The position numbers and the translations under genes are program-made. The notes beneath the pieces were generated by a model. That model worked only from the letters and a program-made list of their open reading frames with translations. It did not search any database and had not been told where the DNA came from. This document shows positions 37,255 through 51,380 of a DNA stretch of 64,000 nucleotides, in pieces. Source of the stretch: Eledone cirrhosa (lineage: Eukaryota); assembly GCA_964016885.1 (NCBI GenBank), contig OZ024764.1:5332001-5396000 (forward strand), given 5' to 3'. Positions within the stretch are counted from its first letter, which is position 1; each line of letters starts with the position of its first letter.

Positions 37255-38499
37255 TATATATATATATATGCATGGAGGCACATGGCTTAGTGGTTAGAGC
37301 ATTGGTCATGCAATCGAAAGGTTGTGAGTTCAATTCTCAGACCGGGTGATGTGTTGGTTCCTTGAGCAAGACACTTTATTTCACATTGCTCCAGTTTACT
37401 CAGCTGTAGAAATGAGATGATAGGGACTGGGGTCCCTATCATTCCACTGCAAAGTGGTCGTGGAGGTGCCACGGCAAAAAAAGCACCCAGCACTCACTGT
37501 AAATGAGGTTGGTGACAGGAAGGGAATACAGCTGTAGAAATCAAGCCAGAATCAGTTCCCGTCCCGCCCTTGCAAGCAGGGAAAAGTGGACGTAAAATGA
37601 AATGATGAAAGAGAGATAGAGAGAAAGAGAGGGAGTGAGAGAGATACATTAAAACAATAACAGAAGGTCTGACTGGAGAATTTACTTTAGAATTCCTTCA
37701 CGGAAATGTCTTATTTATCTGTAACACAAACTTCAAAAAACAAGACAACCACTTAATAATCGATAGATCAAGTGAGCCCTCCAGCTAGATAGATTTCCTT
37801 GTTACCAGAAGATAGAGTGACTGTTATAAACACAAAGTCCTTCCCTAGTGAAGAATGCACCTCCCAACATACCTTAGAATACAACCTGGAAGAAAAGAGT
37901 ATAGATCAAAATCAAAAGGTCTTAAAGTCAATTTGGTAAAGACTAAAGTTCTAGTAAGTAGAAAGGAAAACTGGGCCCAGATCTCTTCAGGTAAACTGTC
38001 CTGCTCAGTGGGCAGAAAAGGAGTAGGTAGAAATTCCATCCTATGTCCCATATAGAAATGATGGGTACACAAAAGATGTTGTGGGATCTCAGGAAGGCTA
38101 ACAAAGAACGTAGCTTCTACATGTGGCCAGTGAACAGGGGCAGGAAATATCAAGAGCTCTCGAGTTACAATCTCCTTCAAATGCCCAAATGTCTCTGCAG
38201 AGGTGGTAGATAGTTTCTGTTACCTAGGTGACTAAATCAGCAGTGGAGGAGGGTGGTCCAAAAACTCAGTAACAAGAGTGAGATTAGATTGGAGAAAGTG
38301 CAGGGATCTACTACTACTGCTAACTACAAAACATTTTTCCATCAAAATGAAGGGCAGACTGTATGATGCAGGTATACAAACAACAATGTTGCACAGCAGC
38401 GAGACCTGGGCACTGTGTGTAGATCTGTAAAGATTGGAAAGAAATGAAGCCTCCATGCTTCAATGGATGTGCCATAGTAATATATGCAAATGGCAAAAC

Positions 38500-39040
38500 A
38501 TAGGTTACCATTGGGTAGGTTACTGTAGGGTAGGGTACCATAGGGTGGGTTACCATAGCGTAGGTTACTGAATGGTAGGTTACATTTCGTTAGGTTACTG
38601 TAGGGTAGGTTACCATAGGGTAGGTTACCATAGGGTGGGTTACCATAGGGTAGGTTATTGTAGGGTAGGTTATTGTAGGGTAGGTTACCATAGGGTAGAT
38701 ATGTAGGGTAGGTTACCATAGTGTAGGTTACTGTAGGGTAGGTTACCATAGAGTAGGATACTGTAGGGTAGGTTACCATAGGGTAGTTATGTAGGGTAGG
38801 TTACCATAGTGTAGGTTACTGTAGGGTAGGTTACCATAGAGTAGGATACTGTAGGGTAGGTTACCATAGGTTATGTCACTGTAGGGTAGGTTACCATAGG
38901 GTAGGTTATTATAGGGTAGGTTACCATAGGTTAGGTTACTATAGGGTTGGTTGCCATAGGGTATGTTACCATAGGGTAGGTTACTATAAGGTAGGTTACC
39001 ATACCATAGGTTAGGTTACCATATGTTTGTTAAGGTTAGG
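38500..39040. repeat. 15-bp tandem satellite
   Basis: Same unit; longer than its paralogue at 21191. Confidence 0.95.
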
Positions 39041-40546
39041 CTAGGCTGGTTTACTCGGTGAGTTAAAACTCACTTGCGACTGTAGTGTTTTAGAAGAAGT
39101 GTCTTAATCTTTAGTGCGCCACTAAATTTTTTAACTATTTCCCCTGAAACTGCCTTATTTTTTGGGTGTCGTCTTATGAATCGAATAGTGTCGTATAGGA
39201 CTATCTGGCATGTTTTCTATGGCTGGATGCCCTTCCTAACACCAACCACGTTTACAGTGTGGGGACTGGGAGGTTTTTACCATGTTAACTACACGGCCAA
39301 TTTACAGCGTGGACTGTGTGTTTTATTGTCATGACACCTACACAACCTCATTTATTTAGGACTGGATGTTGTGTGACCAACATAATTTTACAGAGATGGG
39401 GGTGGGAGTAGTGGGGTGGGGGCGTATATTTGGTTAAGAGGTGCCTACTGACTGTAGGTTTCGCTTTGTACTTAGGCAAGGGTGGTCTTCTGTATTACTG
39501 CGTAGCGCCAAAGATCTCGGTTCAGTGACATTGTCTTGGAGAGGTGTAAGTGTGTGAGATCGGAATTTATCAATTCGTCCCAGGGTTTTCTGGGTCTGCC
39601 TACTCCGTGGCTACCATCTATTTTGATCGCCCTGCACTTTTTTATACAGCTGTCGTCTTTCATGCGCATCACGTGACCATACCAACGTAGTCTTCTCTCG
39701 AGTAAACAACATCTGATCCCTCTTATTCCTAATTTCTCACTTAGTTCATTTATGCTTTGCCGTTCACGTATATTACTATTACACATCCAGCGGAGCATGC
39801 AAACTTCATTCCTCTCCAGTCTGCGTATATCCTCTGCACACAATGCCCAAGTCTCACTGCCATGTAACATTGTTGTTCGTATGCAGGCATCATACAGCCT
39901 GCCTTTCATTTTTAGAGAGAACCCTTTAGCGGCCAATCGTACAATGAAAAGAGCGTCTGTGATACTTTTACCTGACACAAACCCAAACTGCATTTCATCT
40001 AGATCAATTCTCTCTCTGATTAGTTGCGCTATTACTTTTTCTGTGACCCTCATGAACTGGTCAATTAATTTAATGCCTCTATAGTTTCCCCTATCTAGGG
40101 CATCTCCTTTACCCTTGTAGCAGTTAATGATGATGATATATATATAAAAGAAATAGGATTTCGCTTCAAGCATATCTTTATACAATATGTATAAATATTT
40201 TGTATCTCCAAAGAAATACGGTTTTAGGAAGCCTTAGCTCTGCAAACCCTGGGGAGCTAATATCCTCTGGTGATGTCCAGCAGAAGCAAAGGGGACAACC
40301 GTCTATGCATTTCAGGCTTAACTGGCCATCGTCAGGACAGTCCCTCCCACTGCTTGCGACTGCTGGCCAGTTAAGCATGAAATGCATAGACGGTTGTCCC
40401 CCTTGCTTCTGCTGGACATCACCAGAGGCCTTGAAACCCTAAGTCCCTTTTGTTCTGTGTATGAACAGAAATAAATAATGTAATATATATATATATGTAT
40501 GTGTGTGTATCTATTTATATATTTAACTATATTTTTCTCATTACAG

Positions 40547-40579
40547 GATATGCTTCACTAATATAAAGAAGAAATTGAT
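40547..40579 (+). CDS. Putative micro-exon 9 (33 nt; ICFTNIKKKL)
   Basis: TTTTTCTCATTACAG | 33 nt | GTAAGT. Phases 0 and 1 contain TAA. Confidence 0.72.
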
Positions 40580-43206
40580 GTAAGTGTTACCTTAACATAC
40601 TGTCTAACCATTGTTTAATCTGCTCCTTCCTCTACCTCTCCCTTTATACACACACACACACACATATATACCCCTATATATATATGTATACACACACACA
40701 AATATATACACATATATACATATATATATACACACATATATATATAATCACATATATATATACATATATACAAGCCAGACACGGCCTGCTGACCAATCTC
40801 GCCTTAAGTGGGACAAAACCGTCCAACCCATGCTAGCATGGAAGATGGACTTTAAATGATGATGATATATACACACTGACACGTATATATACACATATAT
40901 ATACGCATAGATTTATATATATATATGAGTTCAAGTCCGCCGAGGTTAACTTTGCCTTTCATCTTTACGAGGTCGATAAAATAAAGTACCAGTGGTGCAC
41001 TGGGGTAATCGCTGGCCTTGTGCCAAAAGTAGAAACTATATATATATATATATATAACCAAAGATTAATATGGTTCGTTGATTACTCAACGAATACAGTT
41101 TTACAATAGATTAGAAGCACTCAACAGTGAAAGTTTTCGTGAACTTTTTAATATTAACAAATGAAAAATATTCTCATAATCAAAATATATACTTTATTAT
41201 ATACATTTCAAAGGTATATGACATACCTCTACGGTCTTGATTCTTCAATTCCAGTATTGCAGTCACTGCCAATACTGGAATTGAAGAATCAAGACCGTAG
41301 CGCTATGTCATAATCATATATTTTGTCTGATGAGGACGTACTGAAAAAACAACAATATATATAATATAGTATATATTTTGATTATGCGAATATTTTTCAT
41401 TTGTTAACATTTTGAATAATATACATACATATATATATATATATATATATGTATAGGTAAAATGAATAATGAAAGAGTTGCAAGCCGTTAAAACATATCT
41501 TTATAAAGCTCTTACATATGTTATATATATATATATCATCATTATCATTTTATGTCCGCTTTTCCCAGCTTGCAAGGGTTGGGCTCTCACCACCACTGGC
41601 CATGTTTTTTGTGGTCTTCCTTTTACTGGGATTTTTTAGCACCTCTTTACCCAGCGGTCATCCTCGATGCACATCACTTGTCCATACCATCTCAGTCTTC
41701 TCTCCTGCACACCACAACTCATCCCCAGTTTCTCTCTCAACTCATCTATGGTCTTGTTGTTCACGCACATTGACACACACACATATATATATTAATTCTA
41801 TTGACTGATTAATAGCTCTTGTTAATTTTAAAACCATTCTGTTGAGAGCTTAATTCGTTTTGTGATATTTTGCAATAACACACATACTGAATTCATCCGC
41901 CAAAACTAAGGGTTGCTCCCCCTCACCCCTTGTCAAGCCCCACGTGGGTTTTGATAACGGTCAGTCCTTGGCTTGGCACTGAACTAAAAGCCTGTTGAGA
42001 AAGTGACTTCCTTGTTCGATCATCATACCAAAAGCTTAACATTATTTGTCTAAGTAGACAGTACTTGATTTAGGAGTTGCAGAAACCCAATACTGGATAT
42101 TACCAACCTTCCAGGGGTCCAGGTATAATTTTCCATCATATTTTATTTGTTTGACCCGAATTACTTGGTCGTGTCTACGGCTGTGTGGATAATGGTTTAA
42201 CCATCATCTCAATGTGTTTCGCCTTTTAACTTATGTTGTTGCTCTAGTTCACTAGCTTCTATGGAGCGCTTGCCACACATCTCGGAAGTTGTTTTTCGCT
42301 AATTTCCAATAGCAGAAATGCGATTCTCGCTAATTTATATATATATATATATACACGTATAAGGGATAACAAAATATCGTTATAGGTAATCCAGGTAGAG
42401 GTTGTGAATACTCTGTATTGTGGTTAGTCTTAGTCTACGGCGTTGTTTGACTCAACAAGAGGTTTCCGTAGGTGGCAAGTATTTGAGTTCTCTTGAATTC
42501 CTATGTAAGTTTATCTTGGAGTAATAATATTGAAAGTGTGAAGAATAACATGGTCAACAGTACAAAAATAGGTTTTTTATTTACAGTATTAACAATTGTT
42601 TCACTGATTAAGTTGTCTAAAAATTGCTGAAAACTTAAAGCTGTGCCACTCAATCTACTATATATATTGGAAGTGGTCGGACGTTGTATATTTAAGTAAA
42701 TAAGTAGGTGTAGTCGGATAAACGTCGAAACGGCTTGGTGGAATGCAGCGAAAATTTACACAGTTATGCAGAATTGTAGCAGTTAATGATGATGATGATA
42801 TATATGTAAAAGAAATAGGATTTCGCTTCAAGCATATCTTTATACAATATGTATAAATATTTCGTATCTCCAAAGAAATACGGTTTTAGGAAGCCTTAGC
42901 TCTGCAAACCCTGGGGGGATAACGTCCTCTGGTGATGTCCAGCAGAAGCAAGGGGGACAACCGTCTATGCATTTCAGGCTTAACTGGCCATCGTCTGGAC
43001 AGTCCCTCCCACTGCTTGCGACTGCTGGCCAGTTAAGCGTGAAATGCATAGACGGTTGTCCCCCTTGCTTCTGCTGGACATCACCAGAGGCCTTGAAACC
43101 CTAAGTCCCTTTTGCTCTGTGTATGAACAGAAATAAATAATGTAATATATATATATGTATGTGTGTGTATCTATTTATATATTTAACTATATTTTTCTCT
43201 TCACAG

Positions 43207-43233
43207 CTGGTTTAATAGACTAAAGAAATTGAT
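43207..43233 (+). CDS. Putative micro-exon 10 (27 nt; WFNRLKKL)
   Basis: TTTTTCTCTTCACAG | 27 nt | GTGAGT. Phases 0 and 1 contain TAA; the length change is a multiple of 3. Confidence 0.72.
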
Positions 43234-44051
43234 GTGAGTGTTACCTTAACATACTGTTTACCATTGTTTAATCTGCTCATTCTACTACCTCTCCCTTTAT
43301 ACACACACACATATATATACACCTATATATGTATATATACACATATATACATATATATATAATCACATATATATATACATATATACAAGCGAGACATGGC
43401 CTGCTGACCAATATCGCCTTAAGTGGGACAAAACCGTCCAACCCATGCTAGCATGGAAGATGGACTTTAAATGATGATGATATATACACACTGACACATA
43501 TATATACATATATATATATACACATATATATACGCATATATTTATATATATATATGAGTTCAAGTCCGCCAAGGTTAACTTTGCCTTTCATCTTTACGAG
43601 GTCGATAAAATAAAGTACCAGTGGTGCACTGGGGTAATCGCTGGCCTTGTGCCAAAAGTAGAAACTATATTTATATATATATATATATAACCAAAGATTA
43701 ATATGGTTTGTTGATTACTTAATGAATACAGTTTTGCAATAGATTAGAAGCACTCAACAGTGAAAGTTTTCCTGGACTTTTTAATATTAACAAATGAAAA
43801 ATCTTCTCATAATCAAAATATATACTTTATTATATACATTTCAAAGGTATATGACATACCTCTACGGTCTTGATTATTCAATTCCAGTATTGCAGTCACT
43901 GCCAATACTGGAATTGAAGAATCAAGACCGTAGCGCTATGTCATAATCATATATTTTATCTGATGAGGACGTACTGAAAAAACAACAATATATATAATAA
44001 AGTATATATTTTGATGATGCGAATATTTTTCATTTGTTAACATTTTGAATA

Positions 44052-44092
<41 letters not shown>

Positions 44093-44130
44093 ATTAAATA
44101 AATGGAAAACTATATTTATAAAACCATATT

Positions 44131-44196
44131 TATTTCATTATATATATTTCGGGGATATCATATTAACAATATGCTATGCCTTCATCAGACAAAATA
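44131..44196 (-). ncRNA. Partly degenerate type I hammerhead ribozyme in a single-copy insert (about 44089-44590)
   Basis: Minus strand: TATTTTGT CTGATGA AGGCATAGCATATT GTT AATATGATATCCCC GAAA TATATA TA ATGAAATA. Confidence 0.6.
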
Positions 44197-44439
44197 CAAT
44201 ATAAACAGTTTTATAGATAAATATATTCGACATACCGTAATAAACATCGACATCATTTGAAGAGGTTTACGCTAGCAGTGAAAATTTTATACAGAGAGAA
44301 AGAAAGAGAAAAAGAAAGAAAGACAAAACGAAGAAAAGGAAGAAAAAGAAGAAAAAGAAAAAGAAGAAATGCAGAAATGCATGGAACAAAATAGAGAGAT
44401 GGAAAAATAGATAAAGCGAAGAGCTTCATGTAAAGAAAC

Positions 44440-44477
<38 letters not shown>

Positions 44478-44584
44478 GAAATGTTATTTAATATTGTAAA
44501 TATACTCCAAATATTTGTCGAGTGCTTTTATATCAGTTATAAATATTTACTAGTTGTAACCCAACAATTTTTTAAATATAACTT

Positions 44585-44645
<61 letters not shown>

Positions 44646-44707
44646 AAAATGAATAATGAAAGAGTTGCAAGCCGTTAAAACATATCTTTATAAAGCTCTT
44701 ACATATG

Positions 44708-44747
<40 letters not shown>

Positions 44748-45950
44748 TCATTATCATTTTATGTCCGCTTTTCCCTGCTTGCAGGGGTTGGGCTCTCACC
44801 ACCACCGGCCATGTTTTTCGTGGTCTTCCTTTTACTGGGATTTTTTAGCACCTCTTTACCCAGCGGTCATCCTCGATGCGCATCACTTGTCCATACCATC
44901 TGTCTTCTCTCCTGCACATCACAACTTATCCCCAGTTTCTCTCTCAACTCATCTATGGTCTTGTTGATCACGCACATTGACACACACACACACACACATA
45001 TATATATTAATTCTATTGACTGATTAATAGCTCTTGTTAATTTTAAAACCATTCTGTTGAGAGCTTAATTCGTTTTGTGATATTTTGCAATAACACACAT
45101 ACTGAATTCATCCGCCAAAACTAAGGGCTGCCCCCCCCCCCTCTATCAAGCCCCACGTGGGTTTTGATAGCGGTCAGTCCTTGGCTTGGCACTGAACTAA
45201 AAGCCTGTTGAGAAAGTGACTTCCTTGTTCGATCATCATACCAAAAGCTTAACATTATTTGTCTAAGTAGACAGTACTTGATTTAGGAGTTGCAGAAACC
45301 CAATACTGGATATTACCAACCTTCCAGGGGTCCGGGTATCATTTTCTAACATATTTTATTTGTTTGACCCGAATTACTTGGTCGTTTCTATGGCTGTGCG
45401 GATAATGGTTTAACCATCGTCTCAGTGTGTTTGGCCTTTTACTTATAGGTAAAATGAATAATGAAAGAGTTGCAAGCCGTTAAAACATATCTTTATAAAG
45501 CTCTTACATATGTTATATATATATATATCATCATCATCATCATTTTATGTCCGCTTTTCCCTGCTTGCAAGGGTAGGGCTCTCACCACCACCGGCCATGT
45601 TTTTCGTGGTCTTCCTCTACTGAGTTTTCCTTCTACTGGGATTTTTTAGCACCTCTTTACCCAGCGGTCATCCTCGATGCACATCACTTGTCCATACCAT
45701 CTCAGTCTTCTCTCCTGCACATCATAACTTATCCCCAGTTTCTCTCTCAACTCATCTATGGTCTTGGCGTTCATGCACATTGACACACACACACATATAA
45801 GGGATAACAAAATATCGTTATAGGTAATCCAGTTAGAGGTTGTGAATACTCTGTATTGTGGTTAGTCTTAGTCTACGGCGTTGTTTGACTCAACAAGAGG
45901 TTTCCGTAGGTGGCAAGTATTTGAGTTCTCTTGAATTCCTATGTAAGTTT

Positions 45951-48044
45951 TGTTGTACACCAGTTACCATAACTCTAGCAACCCACCACATTTATTTCTA
46001 CTGAATCTCATATTTGTTAAGTTTAACGTAGAGATTATAGTAATATCAATGTCTTGCTGTAGCTTATAGGGTAGGTTACCATAGGGTAGGTTACTGTAGG
46101 GTAGGTTACCATAGGGTAGATAGTGTCTGGTAGGTTACCATAGGGTAGGTTACGATAGGGTAGGATAGTGTCTGGTAGGTTACCATAGGGTAGGTTACTG
46201 TAGGGTAGGTTACCATAGGGTAGATAGTGTCTGGTAGGTTACCATAGGGTAGGTTACGATAGGGTAGGATACTGTAGGGTAAGTTACTGGAGGGTAGGTT
46301 ACCATAGGGTAGGTTACCATTGGGTAGGTTATTATAGGGTAAGTTACTGGAGGGTAGGTTACCATAGGGTAGGTTATTATAGGGTAGGTTACCATAGAAT
46401 AGGTTACTGTAGGGTATTTTACCATAGGGTAGGTTACCATAGGGTAGGTTACCATAGGTAGGTTACCTTAGGGTAGGTGACCATAGTGTAGGTTACCATA
46501 GATTAGGTTCTGTATGGTAGGTTAGGTTACTATAGGGTAGGTTACCATAGGGTAGGTTAAGATAGGGTTGGTTGCCATAGGGTAGGTTACCATAGCGTAG
46601 GTTACTATTGGGTAGGTTACCATAGGGTAGGTTACTGTAGGTTAGGTTACGTAGGGTAGGTTACCATAGGGTAGGTTGCCATAGAGTAGGTTATTATAAG
46701 GTAGGTTACCATAAGGTAGATTACCTCAGGGTAGGTTACTGTAGGGTAGGTTACCATGGGGTAGGTTACCATAGGGTAGGTTACTGTAGGGTAGGTTACC
46801 ATAGTGTAGGTTACCTTAAATTAGGTTACCACAGGATAAGTTACCATATGGTAGGTTACTGTAGGTTAGGTTACCATAGGTCAGGTTACCATAGGTTAGG
46901 TTACCATAGGGTAGGTTACTATAGGTTGCTACCATTGGGTAGGTTACTGTAGGGTAACATAGGTTACCATAGTGTAGGTTAATATAACATAGGTCACCAT
47001 AGTGTAGGTTACTTTAGATTAGGTTACCATAGGGTAGATTACCACAGGATAGGTTACCATAGGGTAGGTTACTATAGGTTGTTACCATAGGGTAGGTTAC
47101 GATATGGTTGGTTACCATAGTGTAGGTTACTATAACACTGGTTACCTTAATTTAGGTTACCGTATCGTAGGTTACTGTAGGTTAGGTTACCATAGGGTAG
47201 GTTACTATAGGGTAGGCTACCAATGATAGGTTACCCTAGGGTAGGTTACCACAGGATATGTTACCATAGGGTAGGTTACTGTAGGGTAGGTTACTATAAC
47301 ATAGGTCACCATAGTGTAGGTCACTTTAGATTAGGTTACCATAGGGTAGGTTACCACAGGATAAGTTACCATATGGTAGGTTACTGTAGGTTGTTACCAT
47401 AGGCTAGGTTACTATAACATAGGTTACCAAAGTGTAGGTTTCTATAGGTTGTTACCATAGGGTAGGTTACTGTAGGGTAGGTTACCATAGGGTAGGAGGA
47501 TACTGTAGGGTAGGATACTGTAGGGTAGGTTACTGTAGGGTAGGTTACCGTAGGGTAGGTTACTGTAGGGTAGGTTACCATAGGGTAGGATACTGTAGGG
47601 TAGGTTACTGTAGGGTAGGTTACCATAGGGTAGGTTATTATAGTATAGGTTACCGTAGGGTAGGTTTCCATGAAGTAGGTTACTATAAGTTAGGTTACCA
47701 TAGGGTAGGTTTCCATGAAGTAGGTTACCACAGGGTAGGTTAACATAAATTAGGTTACCTTAGGGTAGGTTACCATAAGTTAGGTTACCATACGGTAGGT
47801 TACCATAGGTTTGTTAAGGTTAGGCTGGTCTACTCGGTGAGTTAAAACTCACTTGTGACTGTAGTGTTTTAGAAGAAGTGTCTCAATCTTTCGTGCACCA
47901 CTAAATTTTTTAACTATTTCCCCTGAAACTGCCTTATTTTGGGGAGGTTATCTTATCAATCGAATAGCGTCCTAAATCTAAATTACACCTCAGAATTTTA
48001 GGGGCCACGCTATGTACCGGATAGACTTGTACACCGGCATATAT
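45951..48044. mobile_element. pogo/Tigger-like element, left end deleted, with 15-bp satellite (about 46065-47820)
   Basis: Right TIR GACTTGTACACCGGCATATA retained; longest satellite array in the window. Confidence 0.65.
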
Positions 48045-48387
48045 ATAATGCAAAGAGAGCGAGAGAAACAGCAGGAGTGAGAGAGATACATTAAAACAAT
48101 AACAGAGGTCTGACTGGAGAATTTACTTTAGAATTTTAAGAGAAAAGAGGAAGGTTTCAGACTTCTGGAATTCCTTCACGAAAATGTCCTATTTATCTGT
48201 AACACAAACTTCAAAAAAGGAGACATCCACTTAATAACCTATAGATCATGTGAGCCCACGAGCTAGATAGATTTCATTGTTACCAGAAGACAGAGTGACT
48301 GTTATAAACACAAAGTCCCTCCCTAGTGAAGAATGCACCTCCCAACATACCTTAGAAGACAACCTGGAAGAAAAGAGTATAGATCAA

Positions 48388-49270
48388 AATCAAAAGGTCT
48401 TAAAGTCAATTTGGTAAAGACTAAAGTTCTAGTAAGTAGAAAGGAAAACTGGGCCCAGATCTCTTCAGGTAAACTGTCCTGCTCAGTGTGCAGAAAAGGA
48501 GTAGGTAAAAATTCCATCCTATGTCCCATATAGAAATGATGGGTACACAAAAGATGTTGTGGGATCTCAGGGAGGCTAACAAAGAACGTAGCTTCTACAT
48601 GTGGCCAATGAACAGGAGATGGAAATATCAAGATCTCTCGGGTTACAATCTCCTTCAAATACCCAGAAGTCTCTGCAGAGGTGGTAGATAGTTTCTGTTA
48701 CCTAGGTGACTAAATCAGCAGTGGAGTAGGGTGGTCCCAAAACTCAGTAACAAGAGTGAGATTAGATTGGAGAAAGTGCAGGGATCTACTACTACTGCTA
48801 ACTACAAAAGGTTTTTCCCTCAAAATGAAGGGCAGACTGTATGATGCAGGTATACAAACAACAATGTTGCACAGCAGCGAGACCTGGGCACTGTGTGTAG
48901 AAGATCTGTAAAGATTGGAAAGAAATGAAGCCTCCATGCTTCAATGGATGTGCCATAGTAATATATGCAAATGGCAAAACATAATGGTACTGTGAGAGAA
49001 ATTAGGCATAAGAGGGATTAGATGCAGTGTGCAGGAGAGGGATTGTTTTGGTATAGAAATGTGATGTGTATGAAGGGTGACAGCTGTATAAAAAGGTGCC
49101 AAACGCACAAAGTTGACAGAGGCCGTGGAGTGGGCAGGTCTAGGAAGACTTGGGATGAGGTAAGGAAAGCTGACTTTGCACAATTACACCTAGCAAAGGC
49201 AATGACACAGAATGGTGACCTCTGGCGCTATGCACAATTATAGAGGACCTGCCCTCATGAATCCACGAGC
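48388..49270 (+). mobile_element. RTE LINE 3' fragment
   Basis: Paralogue of 13205-14065. Confidence 0.85.
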
Positions 49271-49767
49271 TGAGGCATATATCTAGTATGTAACACCTTC
49301 CCCACCATCATCCCTCCCAAACACCTTAATTGATGTTATCATCCCACCCCTATAACTACATCCACAATCCACCAGACATTTTCCCTACCAACACCCCACA
49401 CAAGTTCCCAAACCTCACCATAAAGTGGTCCCGCTGCAGCCATGACAAATGTGTCCAGTCCACACTGTACAGTGGTCTTGTAGGTGTCCTGCCAAAAATC
49501 AATATTGGGCCTTAAAACCTTGAGTCCCTTTTGTTCTGTGTATGAACATAAATAATTGTTTCTACTTTTGGCACAAGGCCAGCAATTATCCAGTGCATTA
49601 CTGGTACTTTATTTTATCGACCCCGTAAGGATGAAAGGCAAAGTTAACCTCGGCGGGATTTGAACTCAGATCGGAAAGGGACGTAACTAAATAAATAATG
49701 TAATATATATATATGTATTTGTGTGTGTATCTATTTATATATTTAACTATATTTTTTGTAATCACAG

Positions 49768-49809
49768 GACTGATACAAAGGAGAGTACCGCTCCAGAAAA
49801 GAATGACGA
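49768..49809 (+). CDS. Putative micro-exon 11 (42 nt; TDTKESTAPEKND)
   Basis: TTTTTTGTAATCACAG | 42 nt | GTAAGT. Confidence 0.72.
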
Positions 49810-50114
49810 GTAAGTTTTAGTTTTACATACTATCTAACCATTATTCTATCTGTTCCTTCCCGTCTCTCTCTCTCTTTATATATATATATATATATATATA
49901 TAGTAAGGTGTATTATTGGTTGTGTAAAACGGTCCAATAAATTTTTGTTAGCTTTTGTATATCTCCAATTCCATTCAAGGGAACAGCTAGATGATGTAAA
50001 ACGGAGTATTTGTATCAAAATGAAAATCCAAAGGCAAGGTAAAATTTCCAATCATTTTAATCTCGCCGTGATTAAAATGATTGCAAATCTTACCTTGCCT
50101 TTGGATTTTCATTT

Positions 50115-50152
<38 letters not shown>

Positions 50153-51185
50153 CTCTGTCTCTTATAAACCACGTTGGCTATTATGACACTCTCTCCAACA
50201 TAGATAGCTATGTTGGCTAATATGACTCTCTCTCTCTCCCTCTCTATGTTGGCCATTATGACTCTCTCTCTCTCCCACTCTATGTTGGCTATTATGACGC
50301 TCTCTCTCTCTCTATGTTGGCTATTATGACTCTCTCTCTCTCTATGTTGGCTATTATGTCTCTCTCTCTTTCTATGTTGGCTATAATGACTCTCCCACTC
50401 TATGTTGGCTATAATGACTCTCTCTCTCTATGTTGGCTATAATGACTCTCTCTCTCTCTATGTTGGCTATAATGACTCTCTCTCTCTCTCTCTCTATGTT
50501 GGCTATTATGACTCTCTCTCTCTCTATGTTGGCTATGATGACTCTCTCTCTCTCTCTATGTTGGCTATTATGACTCTCTCTCTCTCTATGTTGGCTATAA
50601 TGACTCTCTCTCTCTCTATGTTGGCTATAATGACTCTCTCTCTCTCTATGTTGGCTATAATGACTCTCTCTCTCTCTCTATGTTGGCTATTATGACTCTC
50701 TCTCTCTCTATGTTGGCTATTATGACTCTCTCTCTCTCTATGTTGGCTATTATGACTCTCTCTCTCTCTATGTTGGCTATAATGACTCTCTCTCTCTCTA
50801 TGTTGGCTATTATGTCTCTCTCTGTTCAAGCTTTATGAAGTTAGTTGAACATCTTCAAAGTCCTCCCATATTCGCCTTGTCTAATATGCGTTCTTGTACC
50901 TGATTATTTCCCCCAAATCTCCTGGGATGTTATAAACCATGATGGCTACCTATCTCACAATTTCTCTCCTGCCCACCCCCTCACACCACCATAGTCTATT
51001 CGACCAATCAAACCTCAGAAACATGTCCCCACCCATTACCAACCCCAACAAACTCTGCCATTACTACTACTTCTACTTTTCTTCTAGCCCTTACCAGCCC
51101 CAACAAACCCTGACATTATTACTACTATTGTCCTTCTAGCCATGGGCTGAGGATAAATGGGGCTACCCCAAATTAATAAATAAAT

Positions 51186-51380
51186 ATGAATCCGCAAGTT
51201 ACCAAGCACCCATGCAAAGCTTTAATTCAGAGACAGGAAGCATACACACCCCACTGCAAAAATTCACCCTTTCCCACGAGTGGTGGCAAATGCCCAAAAC
51301 TCCGAGTTGGAACCATCAATGTAAGCACAATGAAAGGAAGAGCAGGAGAAATTGTAGAGATGCTAGAGCGAAAGGAAATT
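51186..51380 (+). mobile_element. RTE endonuclease 5' stub fused to satellite
   Basis: LRVGTINVSTMKGRAGEIVEMLERK, then an abrupt switch to the 15-mer array. Confidence 0.85.

Larger units (their letters stand above)
5770..40500. repeat. Tandem segmental duplication, about two near-identical units (offset 16.7-17.4 kb)
   Basis: Identical ORF translations recur at 8779/25454, 11337/28038, 15046/31894, 16896/34207 and 22046/39472. Confidence 0.95.
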
